Shown here: positions 1 to 5,554 of the stretch, piece by piece
How the letters are laid out: the number at the start of each line of letters is the position of its first letter
Numbering within the stretch: position 1 is the stretch's first letter
Assembly (NCBI GenBank): GCA_017438505.1
Contig: JAFRVM010000107.1
Location: forward strand, 1 to 10,039
Length of the DNA stretch: 10,039 nt
Direction: 5' to 3'
From: Clostridia bacterium
GTDB lineage: Bacteria > Bacillota > Clostridia > Oscillospirales > Acutalibacteraceae
Notes under the pieces: model-generated
Seen by the model: the letters and a program-made list of their open reading frames with translations, nothing else
The model's database searches: none
Told to the model about the DNA's origin: nothing
Translations under genes and position numbers: made by a program

Positions 1-1061
1 ATATTGATTTCGGCTCGGGCATAGGAGTAAACTCGCTTGGCTACAGCAATGAAAAATGGGCGATGGCGGTAGCGCGTCAGGCTGCAAGGCTTCAGCACAC
101 CTCAAACCTTTATTACACCCTGCCGCAGACCGAGCTTTCGCAGAAGCTGTGCGGGCTCACCGGTTACAGCGCGGTATTTTTCGGCAATTCCGGCGCGGAG
201 GCAAACGAATGCGCTATTAAGGTTGCCCGTAAATACTCGTTTGATAACTACGGCGAGGGCAGAAACAAGATTATCACCCTTGTCAATTCTTTCCACGGCA
301 GAACGGTAACCACCCTTTCGGCTACCGGGCAGGATGTTTTTCATAACTACTTTTTCCCCTTTACCGGGGGCTTTGACTATGTCGAGGCTGGCAGTATTCA
401 GCAGTTAAAGGAAAAACTTGACGGCACGGTGTGCGCCGTGATGTTTGAGTTTATCCAGGGCGAGGGCGGAGTTTTACCCCTCGACCGCGATTTTGTCGAA
501 GAACTATTTACTTTATGCAAAGAAAATGATATAATAACTATTGCCGACGAGGTGCAGACAGGTATGGGACGTACCGGCACACTGCTGGCAAGCGAGCTTT
601 TCGGGGTCTCGCCCGATATCACGACCCTGGCTAAGGGTCTGGGCGGCGGACTTCCCATCGGCGCGTGCATGGTTGGCGAAAAGCTTGCAGGCGTTATGGG
701 TCCAGGGACTCACGGCTCGACCTTCGGCGGAAACCCCGTCTGCTGCGCGGGCGCAAACGCTGTGCTGGACGAGATTTCAAAGCAGGAATTTCTCGACGAG
801 GTCACAAAAAAAGGCGATCTGCTCGCCGCCTGCGCCGAAGAGATGCCCCACGTCGTTTCGGTCACCGGAGCGGGTCTTATGTGCGGAGTCGAACTTGACG
901 GCAGCGTATCCGCAAAGGATATCGCGGCAAAATGTCTTGAAAACGGTCTGCTTATTCTGACCGCAAAAACAAAACTGCGTTTTCTCCCTCCCCTCAATAT
1001 AACAAAAATTGAGCTGGAAAAGGGAATTAACATATTATCAAAAGTTTTGGAGGAGGCTTAG
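1..1061 (+). CDS. argD: Acetylornithine aminotransferase (class III PLP aminotransferase), 5'-truncated by the window edge. The reading frame is open from nt 3.
   Basis: The frame is open back to nt 3 (IDFGSGIGVNSLGYSNEKWAMAVARQAA...), so the ATG at 63 is internal. Class-III aminotransferase motifs are present: GNSGAEANECAIKVARKY, DEVQTGMGRTG and the PLP-lysine region TTLAKGLGGGLPIGA. The gene lies immediately upstream of, and is coupled to, an OTCase gene. The stop is TAG at 1059-1061. Confidence 0.9.
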   Translation, partial: IDFGSGIGVNSLGYSNEKWAMAVARQAARLQHTSNLYYTLPQTELSQKLCGLTGYSAVFFGNSGAEANECAIKVARKYSFDNYGEGRNKIITLVNSFHGRTVTTLSATGQDVFHNYFFPFTGGFDYVEAGSIQQLKEKLDGTVCAVMFEFIQGEGGVLPLDRDFVEELFTLCKENDIITIADEVQTGMGRTGTLLASELFGVSPDITTLAKGLGGGLPIGACMVGEKLAGVMGPGTHGSTFGGNPVCCAGANAVLDEISKQEFLDEVTKKGDLLAACAEEMPHVVSVTGAGLMCGVELDGSVSAKDIAAKCLENGLLILTAKTKLRFLPPLNITKIELEKGINILSKVLEEA

Positions 1062-1065
1062 TCCA

Positions 1066-1974
1066 ATGAAACATTTACTTAAATTACTCGACCTTTCCGG
1101 CGAAGAGATAATCGAGATCTTAAACCTGGCCGATCAGCTCAAATACGAGCAGAAGCACGGTATAAGTCACCGTCTGCTCGAGGGCAAAACCCTAGGCTGC
1201 ATCTTCCAGAAATCCTCCACAAGAACAAGAGTATCCTTTGAGGTAGGTATGTATCAGCTCGGCGGATATCCGCTGTTTTTATCCTCGCACGATTTGCAGA
1301 TAGGCAGAGGCGAGCCTGTTCAGGATACAGCCCGCGTGCTTTCGCGCTATCTTGACGGCATTATGATAAGAACCTTCGAGCAGGACGAGGTTGAAACCCT
1401 CGCTTCTGTAGGGTCTATCCCGGTTATCAACGGTCTTACCGATTTCTGCCACCCCTGCCAGGTGCTTGCCGACCTTATGACCATCCGTGAGCTCAAGGGC
1501 TCTTTTGAGGGTCTTAAGATGAGCTTTATCGGCGACGGCAACAATATGATGAATTCGCTTATCGTCGGCGGCTTAAAGGTAGGCATGCAGGTTTCGGTAG
1601 CCTGTCCCGAAGGCTACGAGCCTGACAGGCGCGTACTTGATTTTGCCGCAGGCAATCCCGGCTTCTCTATGCATCGCAAGCCGGCTGACGCAGTCAAGGA
1701 CGCCGACGTGGTCATTACCGACGTATGGACCAGCATGGGTCAGGAAGAGGAGACCGAGCGCAGAAAGATCGCCTTTGCAGGCTACTGCGTAAGCGATTCT
1801 CTTATGGAAAACGCAAAGCCCGACGCTATGGTGCTTCACTGTCTGCCCGCGCACCGCGAGGAGGAGATCACCGCTTCGGTATTCGAGAAGCACGCCTCGG
1901 AGATCTTCGAGGAGGCCGAAAACCGTCTGCACGCTCAAAAGGCAGTGCTTGTAAAGGTTATGGGCAACAAATAA
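1066..1974 (+). CDS. argF: Ornithine carbamoyltransferase
   Basis: STRTR carbamoyl-phosphate motif, DVWTSMG and HCLP OTCase signatures. GGAGGAGG RBS (1049-1056) lies inside the last codons of argD, 9 nt before ATG 1066. The ORF-track start at 1009 overlaps argD and lacks an RBS. Stop is TAA at 1972-1974, followed by a second TAA. Confidence 0.93.
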   Translation: MKHLLKLLDLSGEEIIEILNLADQLKYEQKHGISHRLLEGKTLGCIFQKSSTRTRVSFEVGMYQLGGYPLFLSSHDLQIGRGEPVQDTARVLSRYLDGIMIRTFEQDEVETLASVGSIPVINGLTDFCHPCQVLADLMTIRELKGSFEGLKMSFIGDGNNMMNSLIVGGLKVGMQVSVACPEGYEPDRRVLDFAAGNPGFSMHRKPADAVKDADVVITDVWTSMGQEEETERRKIAFAGYCVSDSLMENAKPDAMVLHCLPAHREEEITASVFEKHASEIFEEAENRLHAQKAVLVKVMGNK

Positions 1975-1983
1975 TAAACAGCT

Positions 1984-2007
1984 TTAGGGCAGAGAGATCT
2001 GCCTTAA
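1984..2007 (+). terminator. Weak hairpin after argF. Core stem is GGCAGA/TCTGCC (1988-2003) with a GAGA loop, extendable to about 10 bp, followed by TTAATATT.
   Basis: Inverted repeat read directly from the sequence. The T-tract is poor, so termination is probably partial. Confidence 0.3.
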
Positions 2008-2058
2008 TATTGGCAAAAAAATGTTAAAAAATTGACAACTTAAAAAGGAGAGATGTTT

Positions 2059-2703
2059 ATGGCGGCATGGTGGGCTTCGCTTACCCTTTTGCAGCAGATT
2101 TTCGCGGGAATAGCAATCCCCGCAACGGTAATACTTGTACTGCAGACCCTCCTGTTGCTTTTCGGAGGGGGATTCGGCGACCACGGCGACGGCGATTTTG
2201 ACGTCGATACCGACGGCGACGGAATTCCCGACTCTCACGGCGGTTTCGGACACGGTTTCGGTCACGGTCATGACCACGACCATGACGATGTTTCGGGTCT
2301 GAGACTCTTTACGGTAAGAGGTATGGTCGCCTTTTTCGCCGTCGGAGGCTGGCTGGGCGTTGTGGCCGCGGGAACGGGCATCCAGGCGTTTTGGGCGGTG
2401 TTCTTCGCCTTTTTGGGCGGTCTTGCCGCAATGCTTGTGGTTGCGCTGTTTTTTAAGTGGATGCTGGGACTTCAGGAGTCGGGCAACACCGATTACAGCA
2501 GCGCCGTCGGATCAACCGCCGAGGTTTATATAACTATTCCCGCAAAAAGCAATGGCAGAGGCAAAATCAATGTTATGCTGGGCTCTCAGCTTATAGAGGC
2601 CGACGCGGTGACCGAAAGCGAATCGGCTATAAAACCCCGCACAAGGGTCAAGGTAACAGGTATTTCCGAGGATAACACATACGTTGTTGTCCCCTGTGAA
2701 TAG
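2059..2703 (+). CDS. NfeD-like membrane protein (YuaF-like). It has N-terminal TM helices and a C-terminal NfeD beta-barrel domain, plus an unusual His/Asp/Gly-rich loop.
   Basis: GGAG at 2047-2050 is 8 nt before ATG 2059. The ORF-track ATG at 2053 is only 2 nt from the RBS. Three hydrophobic helices are visible. The C-terminal segment AEVYITIPAKSNGRGKINVMLGSQLIEADAVTESESAIKPRTRVKVTGISEDNTYVVVP fits the NfeD OB-fold pattern. The gene sits immediately upstream of a flotillin gene, as in B. subtilis yuaF-floT. Confidence 0.8.
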   Translation: MAAWWASLTLLQQIFAGIAIPATVILVLQTLLLLFGGGFGDHGDGDFDVDTDGDGIPDSHGGFGHGFGHGHDHDHDDVSGLRLFTVRGMVAFFAVGGWLGVVAAGTGIQAFWAVFFAFLGGLAAMLVVALFFKWMLGLQESGNTDYSSAVGSTAEVYITIPAKSNGRGKINVMLGSQLIEADAVTESESAIKPRTRVKVTGISEDNTYVVVPCE

Positions 2704-2729
2704 ATAAATATATAGAAAGGTGGATTTTT

Positions 2730-4133
2730 ATGCCTCCCGAGGTAGTAATTTTAATCATTGTTATAGCTGTTCTGCTCTTTAGTATGCTGCTTGTTGTACT
2801 GAGCAGATACCGCAGATGTCCTTCGGACAAAATCCTTGTTATTTACGGTAGAGTCGGTTCCGAGAAGGACGGCTCCTCCCGCTCGTCAAAGTGTATCCAC
2901 GGCGGTGCGGCGTTTATTGTCCCCATACTGCAGTCATATCAGTATCTCGATTTAACGCCAATCTCCATCAACGTTGATCTTACAAACGCCCTTTCCAAGC
3001 AGAATATCCGTATCGACGTTCCCTCCCGTTTTACAGTCGGTATATCCACCGAGCCGGGAATCATGCAGAACGCCGCGGAAAGACTTTTAGGTCTGCGCCT
3101 TCAGGAGATCCAGGAGCTTGCAAAGGATATCATCTTCGGTCAGCTCCGTCTTGTAATCGCCACGATGGATATCGAGGAAATCAACACCGACCGCGACAAG
3201 TTCCTTGAGGCTGTTTCCCATAACGTGGAATCCGAGCTTAAAAAGATCGGTCTGCGTCTTATTAACGTTAACGTAACCGATATCACCGATGAATCGGGAT
3301 ACATCGAGGCTCTGGGTAAAGAGGCCGCAGCAAAAGCTATAAACGACGCTAAAAAGAGCGTTGCCGAAAAGAACAGAGACGGTTCAATAGGTCAGGCCGA
3401 AGCTCAGCGCGACGAGCGTGTTTCGGTATCAAACGCCAACGCCAAGGCGGTCGACGGTGAAAACGAGGCTAAGGCTCTTGTAGCTCAGTCCGACGCAACA
3501 AGACGTGAGCGCGAAGCGGAAGCTCTGCGCCGCGCTGTAGCTGCCGAAAAGATTGCCGAAGCCAAGGCTCTGGAAGAAGCGTACGCGGCTGAAAAGGTCG
3601 CCGAAGAAGCCCGTGCCGAGAGAGAACTTGCGACAGCTCAGGCAGATACAATCGTAAAGGCGAAAATCGCAAAGGAAAAGGTTGAAATCGAAGCCGAGGC
3701 AGAGGCCGAGCGCATCAGAAGAAAAGCTCAGGGTGAAGCCGACGCTATCTATGCAAAAATGCTCTCTCAGGCTAAAGGTATGCAGGAAATGCTTACAAAG
3801 CAGGCCGAAGGTCTTGCCGAGATAGTCAAAGCGGCGGGCGGAAATCCCGACAGCGCCGTTCAGCTCATTCTTGCCGATAAGATGGAAGAGCTTATGAAGA
3901 TTCAGGTTGAGGCTGTAAAGGATATCAAGATAGATAAGGTTACCGTTTGGGATTCCGGCAACGGCGAAAACGGCAAAACCTCTACCGCAAATTTCCTTTC
4001 GGGCCTTATGAAGAGTATTCCTCCCGTTCAGGATACCTTGAAGATGAGCGGACTTACTTTGCCCGATTATATCGCAAAGTCGCTTGACGAAACAAAGACC
4101 GAAGCACCGAAGGAAAATAAAGAAGCAGAATAA
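2730..4133 (+). CDS. floT: Flotillin-family SPFH/Band-7 protein (FloT/YqiK type) with a long Glu/Ala-rich coiled coil.
   Basis: AAAGGTGG RBS at 2716-2723 and ATG at 2730. There is an N-terminal hydrophobic anchor. The SPFH core includes VTDITDESGYIEALGK (cf. B. subtilis FloT IKDVRDKNGYLESLGK). An EA-repeat coiled coil spans about aa 230-330. DKVTVWDSGNG lies near the C-terminus. Stop is TAA at 4131-4133. Confidence 0.9.
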   Translation: MPPEVVILIIVIAVLLFSMLLVVLSRYRRCPSDKILVIYGRVGSEKDGSSRSSKCIHGGAAFIVPILQSYQYLDLTPISINVDLTNALSKQNIRIDVPSRFTVGISTEPGIMQNAAERLLGLRLQEIQELAKDIIFGQLRLVIATMDIEEINTDRDKFLEAVSHNVESELKKIGLRLINVNVTDITDESGYIEALGKEAAAKAINDAKKSVAEKNRDGSIGQAEAQRDERVSVSNANAKAVDGENEAKALVAQSDATRREREAEALRRAVAAEKIAEAKALEEAYAAEKVAEEARAERELATAQADTIVKAKIAKEKVEIEAEAEAERIRRKAQGEADAIYAKMLSQAKGMQEMLTKQAEGLAEIVKAAGGNPDSAVQLILADKMEELMKIQVEAVKDIKIDKVTVWDSGNGENGKTSTANFLSGLMKSIPPVQDTLKMSGLTLPDYIAKSLDETKTEAPKENKEAE

Positions 4134-4155
4134 TAGTATTATAATAGTATAGAAT

Positions 4156-4196
4156 AAGCCTGCACATGGCAAAAAACGGTGCAGGCTTATTTTTTG
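4156..4196 (+). terminator. Rho-independent terminator of the nfeD-floT unit.
   Basis: Perfect 10-bp stem AAGCCTGCAC (4156-4165) / GTGCAGGCTT (4179-4188) with a 13-nt loop, followed by ATTTTTTGT. Confidence 0.85.
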
Positions 4197-4252
4197 TGCA
4201 TAAGTTGTAAAATTCTTATTAAAAAATTGTTCATATTTCTTGCAAAAGTATG

Positions 4253-4281
4253 TTGAATTATGAAACACAGAGTGCTATAAT
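4253..4281 (+). promoter_or_regulatory. Sigma-A type promoter with extended -10. The -35 is TTGAAT (4253-4258), the spacer is 17 nt, and TGcTATAAT spans 4273-4281.
   Basis: Consensus hexamers with correct spacing, read from the sequence. The TSS would fall near 4288-4290, about 42 nt upstream of ATG 4331. The ORF-track ATG at 4250 lies inside the promoter. Confidence 0.6.
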
Positions 4282-4330
4282 ACATAATGTGGTATTAAAA
4301 ACCATTAAATTAAGAGGAGGTTATCCTGAA

Positions 4331-4936
4331 ATGGCAAGAAAGAATAAAAAAGTAAAAGAAGCAGTAGTAGAAGAAGTAGCTGCACAGGAAGCAGCTGCCG
4401 AAGAAGCGGTAGAAGAAGTAACCGAAGAGGTTGAAGAGGTAGTAGAAGAGGTAGCTGAGGATGTTGAAGAGGCTGCTGAAGAAGCTGCTGAAGAGATAGC
4501 CGACGATGCAGAAGAAACTGCAGAGGAAGCTGTTGAAGAGGCCGAAGAGGAAGCAGAAGAGGCTGCTGAAGAAGCATGTGAGTGCGAAGAATGCGCTGAA
4601 GAGGCAGAGGAAGCTGTTGAAGAGACAGTTACCCGTAAGGCTCCGGTTGCAAAAACATTCTCCGTTATTAACTGGATACTCGGTTTGCTTACACTGCCCA
4701 CCGGTGTCGGCGGAGTTCTTTTCGGTATCCTTTCCCTCATTTTCGGCGGTGTAGCCAAGAAAAAGAGCGGCAAGGCCGCAGGCGGTATTGTTATGGGTAT
4801 TATTGAACTCGTAGCCGGTCTGCTCCTTATTGCATGTGGCGTTTACTTCTACATTACCAACCCCGATCAGGTTAAAGAGAGTTCAAAAGTTATTACCGAT
4901 TTCTTAAAGGACTACGGCGTTAACATTTCTCTTTAA
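4331..4936 (+). CDS. Hypothetical highly acidic membrane protein. It has an N-terminal Glu/Ala/Val low-complexity region of about 89 aa containing CECEEC, and a C-terminal two-TM DUF4190-like domain.
   Basis: GAGGAGG RBS at 4314-4320 is 10 nt before ATG 4331 (MARKNKKVKEAVVEEV...). The acidic run covers aa 10-98 (nt 4358-4624). CECEEC is at nt 4577-4594. The C-terminus FGILSLIFGGVAKKKSGKAAGGIVMGIIELVAGLLLIACG shows the paired Gly-rich helix pattern typical of DUF4190. The gene is bracketed by terminators at 4156-4196 and 4953-4997. Confidence 0.75.
   Translation: MARKNKKVKEAVVEEVAAQEAAAEEAVEEVTEEVEEVVEEVAEDVEEAAEEAAEEIADDAEETAEEAVEEAEEEAEEAAEEACECEECAEEAEEAVEETVTRKAPVAKTFSVINWILGLLTLPTGVGGVLFGILSLIFGGVAKKKSGKAAGGIVMGIIELVAGLLLIACGVYFYITNPDQVKESSKVITDFLKDYGVNISL
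4358..4624 (+). repeat. Purine-rich (GAR/GCN)n low-complexity coding tract that encodes the E/A/V run.
   Basis: The codons are almost entirely gaa/gag/gct/gca/gta/gtt. This tract explains the spurious overlapping ORFs 4305-4577(-), 4321-4773(-) and 4506-4754(+). Confidence 0.5.
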
Positions 4937-4952
4937 TTTTTAAAAAGCAAAT

Positions 4953-4997
4953 AAAAAAACCTGTGATTTCGGAAAGACCGATTTCACAGGTTTTTTT
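4953..4997. terminator. Bidirectional rho-independent terminator. An A7 run precedes a hairpin that is followed by a T7 run. It serves the + gene ending at 4936 and the - gene ending at 5004.
   Basis: Outer stem CCTGTGA (4960-4966) / TCACAGG (4984-4990). Inner stem TCGG/CCGA with loop AAAGA. A7 at 4953-4959 and T7 at 4991-4997. Confidence 0.8.
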
Positions 4998-5003
4998 ACT
5001 TGT

Positions 5004-5168
5004 TTAAAAAAGTATATCCTTTATATATGCTATCAGCCAGTCGGCGCCCCACACAAAGAGGGCGATAAGCGCCAAAAGCAAAAAAGCGCCTATGATTTTT
5101 ATTGCAATTTGCCACGCGGGGGAGAGATTTGAGAGTAAATTCTGCTGATTGTCCCTGTTGTCGTTCAT
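5004..5168 (-). CDS. Hypothetical 54-aa single-pass membrane protein.
   Basis: AAGGAG RBS (complement of 5178-5183) is 9 nt before the ATG (complement of 5166-5168), giving MNDNRDNQQNLLSNLSPAWQIAIKIIGAFLLLALIALFVWGADWLIAYIKDILF. The ORF-track start at 5195 would translate across the RBS itself. Stop at 5004-5006 is followed by the shared terminator. No homology is recognised. Confidence 0.5.
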   Translation of the reverse strand: MNDNRDNQQNLLSNLSPAWQIAIKIIGAFLLLALIALFVWGADWLIAYIKDILF

Positions 5169-5442
5169 TTTAGAAAACTCCTTCCAAACACTCAACTTTA
5201 GAATTCAATTTATACAAAAAAACCGTAAAAAAATTGTGCAGTAAGAAGATTTAAATTGCGGAAATATGCGGTATGTGACAATCTCTTTGCACGGTTATTC
5301 ACACAATTATTCTACCATATTCCATAAAAGTTTTCAACATCAATATTAATAAAAACACGAACAATAATTTTAGCATATTGCACAAATAAAAATAACTTTT
5401 TTTGTCATTTCTTTGGAATTTTGAATTTTGATTAATAAATCG

Positions 5443-5471
5443 TTGAAATTTTACTGCCAAAATGGTAAAAT
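5443..5471 (+). promoter_or_regulatory. Putative sigma-A promoter for chitinase 1. The -35 is TTGAAA (5443-5448), the spacer is 17 nt, and the extended -10 is TGgTAAAAT (5463-5471).
   Basis: Read from the sequence. The leader would be about 75 nt and contains a small GTACC-GAAA-GGTAC hairpin at 5510-5523, then GGAGG at 5542-5546. The ORF-track ATG at 5462 sits inside the promoter spacer. Confidence 0.5.
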
Positions 5472-5554
5472 TTATAACGGAAAGACAAGGGCTTTGTGCT
5501 CTTGAGACCGTACCGAAAGGTACAAAAATCTATTTTTTATTGGAGGAATTCGGC

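Noticed and set aside
102-1033. Several 66-139-aa ORFs on both strands inside argD and argF (102-344-, 398-670-, 513-713-, 541-960+, 665-898+, 710-1033-, 1347-1586-, 1573-1938-, 1725-2027+, 1984-2283-, 2457-2675+, 2648-2830-).
   Set aside because: They are nested in strongly supported genes. Their translations are Arg/Ser/Pro-rich, which is typical of out-of-frame reading, and they lack ribosome-binding sites.
1009-1065. ORF-track N-terminal extensions taken as true starts (argF at 1009, nfeD at 2053, acidic protein at 4250, chitinase 1 at 5462, small minus gene at 5195).
   Set aside because: In each case a strong GGAGG-type RBS with proper spacing precedes an internal ATG, and the extended start either overlaps the upstream gene, lies within the promoter, or reads through the RBS itself.
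2032-2037. Perfect TTGACA -35 hexamer upstream of nfeD as a promoter call.
   Set aside because: No acceptable -10 lies 16-18 nt downstream. That position is GTTTAT overlapping the start codon. It is reported as a finding and not as a feature.
2200-2235. Canonical EF-hand calcium loop in the NfeD-like Asp-rich segment.
   Set aside because: The 12-residue EF-hand spacing does not fit: the hydrophobic residue at position 8 and the Glu at position 12 are missing. The shorter DxDxDGxxD (thrombospondin type 3-like) description fits better and is used instead.
3429-4268. 279-aa minus-strand ORF antisense to floT. Also the shorter antisense or off-frame ORFs at 3469-3672, 4305-4577, 4321-4773 and 4506-4754.
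   Set aside because: They lie entirely within the Glu/Ala-repeat coding regions, whose GCN/GAR codons are stop-free on the opposite strand. They have no RBS. Their translations are low-complexity Ser/Ala/Leu/Pro strings, and the sense strand has clear homology (flotillin) or strong expression signals.
5196-5554. Catabolite-responsive element (cre, TGWAANCGNTNWCA-like) or a small ORF or sRNA in the AT-rich gap upstream of the chitinase.
   Set aside because: A manual scan found no site within one or two mismatches of the cre consensus. The only small ORF (ATG at about 5266, 24 codons) has no RBS. Nothing here supports an RNA gene call.
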